64,000 nucleotides of DNA from an uncultured Blastochloridaceae bacterium (GCA_964351865.1 CAYGPJ010000014.1:35556-99555), one strand, 5' to 3'. Counted from the first letter of the stretch, positions 9,049 to 19,628 are shown. Numbers and translations: made by a program. The notes: generated by a model from the sequence alone, not told the origin.

Positions 9049-10153
9049 CATGTCATCTCCTGAAGACGCGGCTTCGGAACGTATCGACGGCACCCATCAA
9101 TTGGCGGCGGTGATGTTTACGGATGTGGTGGGCTTCAGTTCTCAAACTCATGCGAATGAGGCAGAAACCTTGAAGGCGGTGGCGCGCGACATGCGCCGGA
9201 TTGGTGAAGTGGTGGATAAACACAACGGACGCTTGTTGAAGACAATGGGCGATGGCGTCTTAGCGCATTTTATGTCCGCAACGGATGCCGTCCGGTGCGG
9301 GATTGAATTTCAAACCGCCATGCAAAAGGGGTTTGGCCCGGATCGAGAGAAGAGCCCGTTACAGCATCGGGTGGGGATCCATCTCGGAGATATGTATGTC
9401 TCCGAGTCCGAGGTGATGGGAGATGGAGTGAATATCGCATCGCGACTCCAGACGATTGCAGAGCCGGGAGGTATCTGTGTGTCACAAACGGTCTATGACA
9501 TTATCAAAAACAAGGTCGCACTAAAGGCGACGTCGCTGGGGCCGCAGGAGTTGAAAAATATCTCGCATGCGGTGAATGTGTACAAGATCATCATCGGAGC
9601 GATTGAAGAAGAAATAAAAGTCGAAACCGACGATCCACCGCGGCAGGGATGGATCAGCTCGTTGCCCTGGAAAACGTGGCAGACGAACTGCAGCGGAGAA
9701 GCTCAGAAGTGGATGGAAAGATCCCGGTCGCGCAGTCAAACCAGCTGGTTGTGGTTGAAAAATTTTGTAAAGACGAAGCGGGGCCAATGGATTGCAGGGG
9801 GTTGCGCCTGTTTATTCGTAGTGATTCTGTTGGGTTTAACCGTAGCACCTTGGGAGGGTGAGGCTCCACCGCTCACCAAGCTGACGAACAGTGAAGTGGA
9901 AACTGCCTTGGCGGGGCGCACCGTAAATCAAGGGAGCTTTCTTTTTGTGCCAACCAAAGGTGAAATTCTTCGCAAAAATATTATCGCGTTGACGCATCTG
10001 CAAACCGAATGGAGTCCATCGGCTGAGGTCTACCGCAGCACCTATCGCTTTGTCCTGCGAGTGCGGGCAGGGAGGGAGACGTATCACGCCGTCATTTCGC
10101 ATGATGGTAATCGGAACATTAAAAAAGTTGAGATTTCTGACGAAGAAAAATAA
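9049..10153 (+). CDS. Class III adenylate/guanylate cyclase with C-terminal TM segment and extra domain
   Basis: 'AAVMFTDVVGFS', 'GDGVLAHF', 'RVGIHLGDMYV', 'GDGVNIASRL' cyclase motifs. The ORF-track start at 8963 lies in a repeat, so the ATG at 9049 (MSSPEDA) is preferred. Confidence 0.85.
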
Positions 10154-10236
10154 GAGCAGTGTGAAGTATCAGAGAAGTTAGGAAATGGATTGCAAGAGAT
10201 CCTCGTGGCTCGGTTGGTGATTTGATTCATCGGTGA

Positions 10237-10930
10237 ATGATGTTAATATATTGGATGCATTATTCTAAAAGATCATCGTGTCGAAAGCCTCATCTCAAAC
10301 CAATGCTGCTGGCAGCCTGCATGTTGGCGGGACTAAGCGGAGCGGCATTTGCAGAACTTAGTGGCAAGCAGATTGCGGATGCCCATGGGATGTATCCGCT
10401 ACCGGAATTTGAATCCATTACCTACACCTTCAATGTTCAACTGGGAGAGAAGAATATTCAGCGCACCTGGACCTGGTGGCCGGGACTGAATCAGGTCAAG
10501 GACCACACGGCAGGAATCACCTATCAGCGCGATGAAATGGATCCGCAAGCGATCGAATCGGATAAGAAATTCATTAACGACCACTACTGGTTATTCTTCC
10601 CCTGGCATCTGGCAACGGATCACGGATCACGGATTAACACTCACCAGCAGTATTGAAAAAGAAGCAAGTCCGCTCAAGCGGGAACCATTGCATAAAGTCA
10701 CGGCAGCCTATGATTCGGAATCGGGTTACACCCCCGGTGATGCCTACGACCTGTATCTTGATGCGACTGGGGTGATTCGCGAGTGGATCTTCCGCAAGTC
10801 AGGCCAGGCAGAACCTTCACGGATTACGACGTGGGAAAATGTTCAGCCGATCGGGGGCATGCGCATGGCCTTGGACTTCATCGGCACGGATGGATTTAAA
10901 CTTTGGTTTACGGATGTGTCGGTGAAGTGA
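10237..10930 (+). pseudogene. Secreted hypothetical protein disrupted by 7-bp tandem duplication (gatcacg gatcacg) at about 10607-10620
   Basis: ORFs 10237-10656 and 10532-10930 lie in adjacent frames. Removing one 'gatcacg' copy fuses them into one roughly 230-aa protein (…PWHLATDHGLTLTSSIEKE…). Confidence 0.5.
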
Positions 10931-10992
10931 TATATCCGGCAGAAACTATTCATCAGGTCCTCGATGAGAATCTCCGATTTTCGGGTAATGGT

Positions 10993-11703
10993 TCACTCGC
11001 CGATGGCTACAGGTTTTAGCGTTATATTAGCGTTAATTGAAAACGAATCGACGGTGGTGCTGTAATAGTTAGAACTAACAGCCGCCGTTGAAACGGCGAC
11101 TTCAGGGTGCAGCAGTCTAGCGCCTGCGGGATAAGCTTCATCAACCAAAGGGGTTAAGGTGCCGCTGCGATCTGGCCGCTCCAACGTGCTACTGCCATTT
11201 GCGTAGTAGACCACCACGGCTTGATCGCCCCATGGATTTAAGTCGGCCTGGACCATGTAATCCGTTGAGATATCAGCAAGTTCAGCATAGGCATAGCGAG
11301 AGATCAGTATCGGGAAACTCTTAGCGGACAGTTGGGTTAAGCCTGACACATAGGACCAACCGACCTGATTGGAGGTCAAGGTGGTAGGCTCTGGTTTAGG
11401 TTCGTAACCATGACAACCAAGAACGGCCCTGTCGGTCAGATACTCAAGTGCGAGCAGGTTTTGAAAAATTTCGAGAGAACTGACAGCCGGATCACCCGAA
11501 ATGGCATTGGACAAATAGGCACCTTGATTATCCTGTGCCTGAAGTTGAAAAACCATTCCTAATTGCCTTGCGTGACTACTGTCGCGCATCATTTTGCTTT
11601 TCGTCAGAGCATAATTGACGGCGGGGATCGAAAGTCCGGCGAGGATCCCGATAATTGTAATTACCACCAGCAGCTCAATCAGCGTGAATCCGTTTTTTCG
11701 CAT
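10993..11703 (-). CDS. Prepilin-type N-terminal cleavage/methylation domain protein (pseudopilin-like)
   Basis: 'MRKNGFTLIELLVVITIIGILAGL' class III signal peptide with the G-F-T-L-I-E motif; internal ATG at 11703 preferred over the ORF-track start. Confidence 0.8.
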   Translation of the reverse strand: MRKNGFTLIELLVVITIIGILAGLSIPAVNYALTKSKMMRDSSHARQLGMVFQLQAQDNQGAYLSNAISGDPAVSSLEIFQNLLALEYLTDRAVLGCHGYEPKPEPTTLTSNQVGWSYVSGLTQLSAKSFPILISRYAYAELADISTDYMVQADLNPWGDQAVVVYYANGSSTLERPDRSGTLTPLVDEAYPAGARLLHPEVAVSTAAVSSNYYSTTVDSFSINANITLKPVAIGE

Positions 11704-12000
11704 AGCTTTTGTTATCAGAGACTGGATAGACCTCAATGATAAAAGACCGATTGGATGTGATGTTTCCATTAAACAATCGGCACAGAGCCAGAAGAAAGGA
11801 TTCATGTATGAATTTAACCATCACTCCAGCGAGATTATCCGCATCGATTGGGCATGATACGTCTGTCAGTTTGGACAGGAGGTAGTGAAACAAGATTAAA
11901 ATGATGAGTCAGTCATCAAGAAAAACTTGATCAACAGGGGACAATTAGCAGGCTCGACGCGGCAGGAAATTGGCGATGGCGTTAAATGGGGAATTGATCC

Positions 12001-12705
12001 ATGAACATGACTGGAAACGCGGGTAAACTACACCGAGATCTTCTCTCGCTGGCGGATGCGAAAACGGCAGCCTCCAGCCAACGTTTTTTTAAACCACGGA
12101 CAGGAGTTACTGGCGATCAATTCATCGGAATCCAAATGCCGGTCATGCGCAAGCTGGTTCGCCAATACCGTCACTTGTCGCTGGAGGATGCTTTGAGCTT
12201 GCTGCCTGCTGATGAACACGAGGTGCGAATGATGGCCCTGCTAATGTTGGTGGATCAGTTCCAGCGAGGGTCGCTGTCACAGCAACGTGCCGTCTATCAG
12301 GCATATCTCGAGCACACGCGCTACATCAACAATTGGGATCTGGTCGACGCTTCTGCCCACCTTATTCTCGGAGCACATCTCCAAAACCGGTCACGCAAGC
12401 CGCTCTATCGATTGGCAAAATCGCAGGATCTGTGGGAACGGCGAATGGCAATTATTGCCACCTTTACCTTCATACGGGCGAGGGACTTTGAGGAGACGTT
12501 GGGAATTGCAGAAGTGTTACTGTCTGATCCGGAGGATTTGATCAACAAGGCGGTCGGTTGGATGCTACGGGAGGTAGGGAATCGAGACCGAAAAACGGAA
12601 GAGCAGTTTCTGGAACGATATTATCAGACGATGCCGCGCACGATGCTGCGCTATGCCATCGAAAAATTTCCTCCGGGAAAACGAGATGATTATCTGAGTA
12701 GGTGA
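12001..12705 (+). CDS. DNA alkylation repair enzyme (AlkD/AlkC HEAT-like repeat family)
   Basis: 'INNWDLVDAS', 'AVGWMLREVG' motifs characteristic of AlkD-like glycosylases. Confidence 0.8.
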   Translation: MNMTGNAGKLHRDLLSLADAKTAASSQRFFKPRTGVTGDQFIGIQMPVMRKLVRQYRHLSLEDALSLLPADEHEVRMMALLMLVDQFQRGSLSQQRAVYQAYLEHTRYINNWDLVDASAHLILGAHLQNRSRKPLYRLAKSQDLWERRMAIIATFTFIRARDFEETLGIAEVLLSDPEDLINKAVGWMLREVGNRDRKTEEQFLERYYQTMPRTMLRYAIEKFPPGKRDDYLSR

Positions 12706-12788
12706 GGCGGCAATGAGCGTTGGTAGTCATCGGGGTTCGATATAATTGCGCTGGTGTAATCCGTAGTGTTTCCCTTACTCTGTGGCTT

Positions 12789-13256
12789 ATGATTACCGAT
12801 ACGTTGGAGAATGCACATCACTACCCGATGGGGCCGGCCTGGGACCAGTCTTTTGAATATATCAAAACACTGACCGCAGATACGCCGGACGGGAAATATC
12901 CGATCGATGGAGATTTGATTTACGCCTGTGTCATGAGTTATACCACGCAACCAGCCAGCGCGGGCATGTTCGAAGCGCATCAGCAGTATGCAGATATTCA
13001 GTATGCCATCGCAGGGCTCGAGGCGATAGCTGTAGCAGATATCAACCGGCTGACGGTGAGTGCTGCCTACGATGCCGGAAATGATGTGGTGCTATTTGAA
13101 ACGCCGTCAGCGATGCCGGGGCAAGTGGAGATGCATCCTGGCACCTTTGCCCTGTTCCTGCCACAGGACGGGCATATGCCTAAAATCCAGTTGGGCGAAC
13201 CACAACAAATCAAGAAGGTTGTCATAAAAGTGGCCTTGTCTGCGTTGGGTCTTTGA
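12789..13256 (+). CDS. YhcH/YjgK/YiaL (DUF386) family protein
   Basis: 'MITDTLENAHHY…HQQYADIQYAIAGLE…FALFLPQDGHMP' matches the DUF386 pattern; start moved to the internal ATG at 12789. Confidence 0.75.
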   Translation: MITDTLENAHHYPMGPAWDQSFEYIKTLTADTPDGKYPIDGDLIYACVMSYTTQPASAGMFEAHQQYADIQYAIAGLEAIAVADINRLTVSAAYDAGNDVVLFETPSAMPGQVEMHPGTFALFLPQDGHMPKIQLGEPQQIKKVVIKVALSALGL

Positions 13257-13334
13257 GAGTAACCCCGGTGGCAGTCTGCGTTCTGAGGTTGTCAGCGGCG
13301 GTGATACCGTTATCGTCATCGCGTCCTCACACTT

Positions 13335-14309
13335 ATGAATTTAGATCTGCCTGTATTCATCGCAAACGGTAAAGAACAGCAAGGGCCGTTTGACCGCGCG
13401 CAACTGCTTCAAATGAAAGCCGACGGCGCCCTGGCCAATGCCAGCCTGTGCTGGCAGGAAGGTATGACGGACTGGCAGCCGATAACGGTTTTACTGGCAG
13501 CGTTGTCTGATTTGCCTGATCGCCCCCATGCCGCCAGCGGGAATGCGCCACCGCCGGTCCCCCTGTCAGCGACACCTGCGCAGGCAACCGCTGACGGGAA
13601 AAACCTGATTGTTCCCGCCTATGTGCTTACAGGATTGAGCTTGGTTCCGGTATTGGGATATTTAACGGGTATCGGAGCGATCATATTGGGTGCGATGTTG
13701 TGTAGTCGTTCCAGAATAGGTCATGGGATAGCAAACATTGTCGCTCCGATTGCAATCGGGTTTCTGATTATGCCGGTGTTGATGGTCGCGGTGCTGACCA
13801 TGATGAAGGGTAGTATTCAGGAAACTTTTGATCGAGTGACGGCGGAACTGGAGCAGGCGTCCGGAAGCATTTACCGCTATGATGATGCCGAACAGCGCTA
13901 TACGGAGCGCCGTGATACTCCATTGACGGAAGCAGAGCAGGCGGTCGTCGGAAAATGGAAAGGTGAGAATCCTGAAATTAAATGGGAAATTCTACGCAAA
14001 TCGGATGGCACTTATGAAATCGTTTATATCTTACCGGGGGAGCAACCGGAGAGGGAAGACTATTCCCGTGGAGTATGGGGAATCGAGGGAGATGAGTATT
14101 ATTACATCGATCTGGAAGTGCGCGGGTATCAAACGCAAGGGACGGCGGTGAAGCAAAGCGAAAAAATCGTGGAAGCGAATAGCTCTATCCTGTGGACCCG
14201 GCATACGGGCGAAAATGGAGATAAGCTGGAGAGCAGGGAATTGCCCGTGCAGGAATTTCAATTTGAGTTCTGGAATCTGCCGGCACGTGAGAACTCGGCG
14301 GTGAATTGA
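13335..14309 (+). CDS. Membrane protein with N-terminal DUF4339 (GYF-like) domain
   Basis: 'NGKEQQGPFDRAQLLQMKADGALANASLCWQEGMTDWQP' DUF4339 signature; 2 TM helices; C-terminal soluble domain. Confidence 0.6.
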   Translation: MNLDLPVFIANGKEQQGPFDRAQLLQMKADGALANASLCWQEGMTDWQPITVLLAALSDLPDRPHAASGNAPPPVPLSATPAQATADGKNLIVPAYVLTGLSLVPVLGYLTGIGAIILGAMLCSRSRIGHGIANIVAPIAIGFLIMPVLMVAVLTMMKGSIQETFDRVTAELEQASGSIYRYDDAEQRYTERRDTPLTEAEQAVVGKWKGENPEIKWEILRKSDGTYEIVYILPGEQPEREDYSRGVWGIEGDEYYYIDLEVRGYQTQGTAVKQSEKIVEANSSILWTRHTGENGDKLESRELPVQEFQFEFWNLPARENSAVN

Positions 14310-14370
14310 ATTAAGTCGAGTGGCAGCAGGAAGTGGTCAGATAGATAGTTGATGGTGCCGGGTTAATAAG

Positions 14371-14865
14371 TTGGTGGGAAGATCGAGACGCGCTAGTATG
14401 ACCGCTGTGAACGTCCCATCTTCTGATCTGGAAAATTACCTGCATGAACATATTCCGCTCTCGCGGGCAATGGGGGTGCGGGTGCATGACTTGCAAGCGG
14501 GGTCGTTGACGCTGGCTGCACCGATTCAGCCGAATATTAATCATCGGGAAACGGTGTTTGGTGGCAGCGCCTCGGCACTGGGAATCCTGGCGGCATGGTC
14601 GATGATCTGGAGCCAGCTGAAGTCTTTGGAAGGGGTGCAAACCAGCATCGTCATTCAGCGCAATCAGATGGAATACCTGCAGCCGATTACTACCGATTTT
14701 GAGGCGACTTGCGCCCTGCCGGATCCGGAGCACTGGGCGCGGCTGGAAAAGATGCTGACTAAAAAGGGGGTGGGTCGAATTACTTTAACCAGCCAGCTGA
14801 ACTGCGAGCATCAGCCGGTCGGGCTTTTTACGGGCACCTTCGTGGTTTTTAATCTCAGTAAATGA
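14371..14865 (+). CDS. YiiD_C/DUF4442-type hot-dog thioesterase-like protein
   Basis: 'ETVFGGSASALGILAAWSMIW' core typical of YiiD C-terminal thioesterase domain. Confidence 0.55.
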   Translation: MVGRSRRASMTAVNVPSSDLENYLHEHIPLSRAMGVRVHDLQAGSLTLAAPIQPNINHRETVFGGSASALGILAAWSMIWSQLKSLEGVQTSIVIQRNQMEYLQPITTDFEATCALPDPEHWARLEKMLTKKGVGRITLTSQLNCEHQPVGLFTGTFVVFNLSK

Positions 14866-14925
14866 ATTTATACAGAATTCACGTCCGGTGCATCAGTCGT
14901 TCATAGCAGTGCAATACACTCAGGC

Positions 14926-15801
14926 ATGATGAATGAGATGATGACGCGCAAAACCTTCATACAACTGCTGGGTGCCTGTGGACTGGTTGGTGTCGGGGCG
15001 ATGAGTTACATGCGGTGGTGGGAGCCGTTTCGATACGAAGTGACGGCAAAGGACGTCCGGATCAACCGCTTTGCTTCGCCACTGCGGATTCTACACCTCT
15101 CGGATTTTCACGCCTCTGAATCGGTATCGTTCCATCAGATTGAAACGGCGGTAGATCTGGCACTTGAGCAGGATGCTGACATTGCCTTTCTCACCGGAGA
15201 TTTTATTACGACCAAATTGCCTGACCCGCAGGAGTATCAACGTATTCTGCAAAAGCTCAGTGAGCGCATGCCGGTGTTTGCCTGTATCGGTAATCACGAC
15301 GGCGGGCGTTGGTCGGCGGGCACCGCTGAAGGTTATCGTGATTTTTCTTTAGTGAAAGATCTGCTCGAGCGAAGCGGAATCACGCTACTGTTTAATCAAG
15401 CGCAGCAGGTGATGGTGGCAGGAAAACGGTTTACGGTGGCCGGTTTGGGTGACACCTGGTCAGGCGATACGAGGCCAGAACAGACTTTAGTGAAAAAAGT
15501 AGTGGAAAATGACGGGGGAGTCAGGCCTGAAGCGATCTTTGTGTTGAGTCACAACCCCGACTGCAAAACCGATTTATTGGCTTACGATTGGGATCTGATG
15601 TGTTGCGGCCACACACACGGCGGGCAATTGGTGATTCCGGTGCTAGGCTGGCGGCCGTTTTTGCCGGTTAGGGATACCACTTTTGCAGAAGGTTTGTGGT
15701 CGCACGGCAGACAGCAGGTGCACCTCACCCGAGGCGTCGGTAATCTCCACGGCATGCGCTTTAACTGCCGTCCCGAGATCAGTATCCTGAATGTGATGTG
15801 A
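14926..15801 (+). CDS. Metallophosphoesterase (calcineurin-like), Tat/Sec-signal bearing
   Basis: 'LHLSDFHAS', 'LTGDFIT', 'GNHDG', 'GHTHGGQ' phosphoesterase motifs. Confidence 0.9.
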   Translation: MMNEMMTRKTFIQLLGACGLVGVGAMSYMRWWEPFRYEVTAKDVRINRFASPLRILHLSDFHASESVSFHQIETAVDLALEQDADIAFLTGDFITTKLPDPQEYQRILQKLSERMPVFACIGNHDGGRWSAGTAEGYRDFSLVKDLLERSGITLLFNQAQQVMVAGKRFTVAGLGDTWSGDTRPEQTLVKKVVENDGGVRPEAIFVLSHNPDCKTDLLAYDWDLMCCGHTHGGQLVIPVLGWRPFLPVRDTTFAEGLWSHGRQQVHLTRGVGNLHGMRFNCRPEISILNVM

Positions 15802-15834
15802 ACGGTCGGGATCGCTAGTGATTAGCGGGTATTC

Positions 15835-16896
15835 ATGAAACTTGCGCCAATGAATGAAAGTATTTACGCTTTTCCGATGAACCTAGACACCGATGAGATA
15901 CTGAGTTTATCCGGGGGGCGGTTTCAGGACTTTGTCGCTAAGCTGGCACCGGAATATCAACAAGTGGTGCAATCGCACATGGAGAGTCGCATGGCGGATG
16001 CCGGCCAAATCCTGATCAATCAGGGAGAGGATTCTGAATTCACTTTGTTTATAGAAGAAGGGGCGGTTGAGGTGATTGTGGGTGACCCTAAATCCAGGCC
16101 GGTCAGTTATCTGGGGCGAGGAGACGTGGTTGGTGAATTGGGAATGCTGAATCAGCAACCGCGCACGGCCACGATCCGCGCTTCATCCTCCGTGGTGTAT
16201 AAAGTGCTTTATGCGGAGGGTTTTAAACAACTGATGACAGAAGTGCCGGGCTTTGCGATTTTCTTTGCGGGTCGGATGGCCCGCCTGGTGCGTGGCAGTA
16301 AGCCGACGCGCCAGCACAGTTCGATCTGCACGGATCTCGGAGGCAAGCTGCCGAATTTCGATCTGGTGGCAGTGCTTTACACCATCGCTTCCAGCGGCGC
16401 CACCGGGGAACTCTCGGTGATGGATGAAGCAGAGGAGAAAATCGGAAGTTTGTTTATCCGCGAAGGTATCGTGATCTATGGCAAATTCCGGAGTCTGGGA
16501 TCCGTGGAGGCATGTTACCAGATGCTGAGTGAGCAATTAGACGGGTCCTTTTCCTTTAGCCCTGCCAACCAGTTGGCTGCAGATGGTGAGCGGGCATGCA
16601 CCGCGACGATCTCCATCGAGAAATTGATCGAACAAACGTCGATCATTCGTGGAGAGTTGGCGACTTTTCCGGAATCAATCATGAGTCTATCGGGGAGTCT
16701 GCAGATCTTGTCACCTGAGGATCCCGGGGCACCGGCAGATATGAAGCGTCTCAACGAAAAGCTGCTAAAATGTTGTCGCGAGGGGATCACCGACTTGCCG
16801 TCGTTATGGCAACACTCCGGATTATGTCTCTATCACTTTGCTAAATCGGTAAACTACATGTGCACGATCGGCATGGTGAAGTTGGTGAGAGATTGA
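15835..16896 (+). CDS. Cyclic-nucleotide-binding domain protein fused to DUF4388
   Basis: cNMP-binding PBC-like 'GDVVGELGML…PRTATIRA'; C-terminal 'LVAVLYTIASSGATGELSVMDEAEEKIGSLFIREGIVIYGKF…ACYQML' matches the DUF4388 pattern. Confidence 0.7.
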   Translation: MKLAPMNESIYAFPMNLDTDEILSLSGGRFQDFVAKLAPEYQQVVQSHMESRMADAGQILINQGEDSEFTLFIEEGAVEVIVGDPKSRPVSYLGRGDVVGELGMLNQQPRTATIRASSSVVYKVLYAEGFKQLMTEVPGFAIFFAGRMARLVRGSKPTRQHSSICTDLGGKLPNFDLVAVLYTIASSGATGELSVMDEAEEKIGSLFIREGIVIYGKFRSLGSVEACYQMLSEQLDGSFSFSPANQLAADGERACTATISIEKLIEQTSIIRGELATFPESIMSLSGSLQILSPEDPGAPADMKRLNEKLLKCCREGITDLPSLWQHSGLCLYHFAKSVNYMCTIGMVKLVRD

Positions 16897-17070
16897 TTCT
16901 TATGCATCCCAGCTTCGGAAGGCACGATCCGGTCATTCTGCGGCGCTACGTTCTTCTCTGGATTGACGCCCCATGGAAGGTCTTACTGCGAACGATGATT
17001 GACGATTTCCGGTGTCGGCCACGTTATTCACTGCCTTGCCAGCGTGCCATCTCTCCTTTAGTTTATTTTT

Positions 17071-18096
17071 ATGAGTGACCAATGGGATGAGCTTTTGGGA
17101 CCGATGACGGATCGGTTCTCTGATTTTTTTGAACGTCTGGATCCGGAATTTCAAACCCTGATCGAACAGAACAGCGACATCCGTAAACGCGAATCCGGGC
17201 AGATTCTCATTCGGCAGGATGAATCCTCGGATACGGTTTTTGTGATCGAGCAAGGCACGGTGGAGGTTTCGGTGGATATTCCGGATGCTAAAATTTCGCC
17301 CCCGCTGACTTATTTGGGCAAAGGTGATTTTGTGGGAGAAATCGGGGTGCTGACCGATGCCATGCGGACGGCGACGATCAAGGCGGCATCTGAAGTGACG
17401 TTTCGTCAGTTCAGTGATTCTAAATTTAAGATGCTGCTGATTCAGGTGCCGGGCTTGGCGGCCTTCGTGGCGCGCCGCTTAGCACGTCAGGTCACGCACA
17501 CCACCGCCAGTGTTGCCTACAACTCCGCTTGCATGGACTTAAGTGGCAAATTGCCGGAGTTTGATCTCATTTCAGTCTTCTATACCGTTTGCTCCGGTGG
17601 TGGCACGGGCGAGTTAAGAGTGCTGAGTGAACAGAAAGATAATATTGGCATGTTTTTCTTCCGCGATGGTCAGATTGAAAAAGCGCGCTTTCGACATCTC
17701 AACGGACCGGAAGCCTGCCGTCAGATGTTTGCGGAGGGCGAGTTGGTGGGCGCGTTCTCGTATCGCAAGCAGGAAGAATCTTCGGCCCCATTTCCTGCTG
17801 AGGCGAACATGCAGTTATCGATTGATGATTTGCTGATGGATGGAGCACTCATGCGTGACATGTATGAGGGTCTGCCGGATTGGTTAAAGAACCTTGAAGG
17901 CAAAATTCAGTTTTCCTACATGCCGAACGATTTTGAGTCCGATGAGGCGCGGGAGAATGCCGCGATCATCTTTGAAAGCTGCGGCACCCAACCGATGGGA
18001 GTAGCCGATGCATGGGTGATGACCGGCTTGTCGCACGTTCCCTTTGCGCAAGGGATTCAGGCGCTGGAAGCGCTGGATGCACTTCAGCGGAGCTAA
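17071..18096 (+). CDS. Cyclic-nucleotide-binding domain protein fused to DUF4388 (paralog of 15835-16896)
   Basis: 'GDFVGEIGVLTDAMRTATIKA' and 'LISVFYTVCSGGGTGELRVL…GMFFFRDGQIEKARF'; clearly paralogous to the upstream gene. Confidence 0.7.
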   Translation: MSDQWDELLGPMTDRFSDFFERLDPEFQTLIEQNSDIRKRESGQILIRQDESSDTVFVIEQGTVEVSVDIPDAKISPPLTYLGKGDFVGEIGVLTDAMRTATIKAASEVTFRQFSDSKFKMLLIQVPGLAAFVARRLARQVTHTTASVAYNSACMDLSGKLPEFDLISVFYTVCSGGGTGELRVLSEQKDNIGMFFFRDGQIEKARFRHLNGPEACRQMFAEGELVGAFSYRKQEESSAPFPAEANMQLSIDDLLMDGALMRDMYEGLPDWLKNLEGKIQFSYMPNDFESDEARENAAIIFESCGTQPMGVADAWVMTGLSHVPFAQGIQALEALDALQRS

Positions 18097-18136
18097 TAGT
18101 AATAGTGGCAGACAACGGCAGTGGCTTGAATTGAAG

Positions 18137-18892
18137 ATGAAAACCGTGCTTCTGAGCCTGATGGCAGCCGGTCTGATGGCTGTAATGCCGACTTACGGAG
18201 TCGAGCAGATCAGCTATGAAATCGAAGCCGTCTACCCGCATGATCCGGAAGCCTGGACTCAGGGCTTATTCTTGCAGACGGGAACGCTCTATGAAAGCAC
18301 CGGCCTGCATGGTCAGTCCAGTCTCAGGGTAGTAGACCTGGAATCGGGTAAAGTGAAACGTCAGATTTTGTTGGATAAGACACTTTTTGCCGAGGGGTTG
18401 ACGCTCTACAACGGCAAGCTCTATCAACTGACTTGGGAGGCAGGTCTATGTCTGATCTATAACCCTGAAACCTTTGAGAGGATAGGGGAATTTCGCTACC
18501 AGGGTGAAGGTTGGGGACTGACACACGATGATGATGGTTTGATCATGAGTAATGGCACGGCAGTGATATCATTCCTGGATTCTGAAACTCATCAGGTGAA
18601 GCGGAGTATCACGGTAACACGTCAGGGACGACCCGTTTCTGATTTGAACGAATTGGAATATGTGGAAGGTGCTATCTATGCCAATATCTGGTATAGCGAT
18701 GAAGTGATCAAAATCGACCCGCAGTCCGGGGTGGTGGTCGGTGTGATAGACTTTTCAAATTTATGGAAGGACAGCACACGCGATGAAGATCAGGTGTTGA
18801 ACGGGATTGCCTACGATGCCAAAACGCAATGTTTTCTCATTACCGGAAAATTCTGGCCTAAGTTATTTGTGATTCGATTAAAGAATTCGTGA
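18137..18892 (+). CDS. Glutaminyl-peptide cyclotransferase (plant/bacterial-type glutamine cyclotransferase)
   Basis: Signal peptide; 'AVYPHDPEAWTQGL', 'LYESTGLHGQSSL', 'GEGWGLTHD' beta-propeller glutaminyl cyclase motifs; start moved to the internal ATG. Confidence 0.85.
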   Translation: MKTVLLSLMAAGLMAVMPTYGVEQISYEIEAVYPHDPEAWTQGLFLQTGTLYESTGLHGQSSLRVVDLESGKVKRQILLDKTLFAEGLTLYNGKLYQLTWEAGLCLIYNPETFERIGEFRYQGEGWGLTHDDDGLIMSNGTAVISFLDSETHQVKRSITVTRQGRPVSDLNELEYVEGAIYANIWYSDEVIKIDPQSGVVVGVIDFSNLWKDSTRDEDQVLNGIAYDAKTQCFLITGKFWPKLFVIRLKNS

Positions 18893-18996
18893 GTATTACG
18901 TGGTGAGATCACCAAGCATACAGTCATGCAACTGTCTGAACGGAGTAACAGCTTTGCCTCGATGGTTGCGATTGTGGATCAGTCGTCTGAATAATC

Positions 18997-19347
18997 TAGT
19001 AGCAGTTCATTGCACATACTTTGACGAATAAGGTGGGGCGTCTTGTCCCAAGGCGCCGGGTTCTACCTCCCGACCACACAGGGTGTCGGCATCGGCACGT
19101 TGGGGATCCCGCGGCCGCGCATACATATCAACATAAGAGGTATAAAACGATATTTAGAGGTCGTATTTCAACAGAGAGCTGAGGTAGTGCGCTTTGTCCT
19201 CAAAGCGCTGGGTGGTCACTACGGGAAAGCGGTTTGGTCCCGACACCCTGCGTGGTCGGGAGCCCTACCTTTGTCATATTCCATATGTTGATGCATAAGC
19301 GCGGCCGCGTGACCCTACCTCTCACTACAGATGCAATGAACTACTTG
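18997..19347. repeat. Family A mosaic repeat element (about 350 bp, non-coding)
   Basis: Terminal IRs 'ctagtagcagttcattgcac' (18997-19016) and 'tgcaatgaactact' (19332-19345). The interior holds 'ggggcgtcttgtcccaaggcgcc' hairpin modules shared with 26266-26620 and 27764-27903. Confidence 0.8.
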
Positions 19348-19355
19348 GGCATAAG

Positions 19356-19628
19356 CTATTTCTTTTTCACATGAGCGCCATTGCCGGTGTGGGAATCGCC
19401 GAAATACTTTTCACTGCGGTATCTGAGCCAGACGCGTAGCACTTGAGGGATCTGTTCGCGCTGAGATTCGGTGAGTTGGTGATAGAGAGCCAGCGCCCGC
19501 TCGCGTTCATTACGGCAGGCTTTATTTTTATGAGCATCCCATAGGCTGCGGGCCACCCGGATACGCCGACAGGTTTCTTTGACCAGCGCGGTGCCTTGCA
19601 GCGGTTTTTGGTTCTTCTTGGCGACCAC
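19356..19628 (-). CDS. Small basic hypothetical protein
   Basis: 90-aa ORF; no family recognised; overlaps an alternative-frame ORF. Confidence 0.25.
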   Translation of the reverse strand: MVAKKNQKPLQGTALVKETCRRIRVARSLWDAHKNKACRNERERALALYHQLTESQREQIPQVLRVWLRYRSEKYFGDSHTGNGAHVKKK

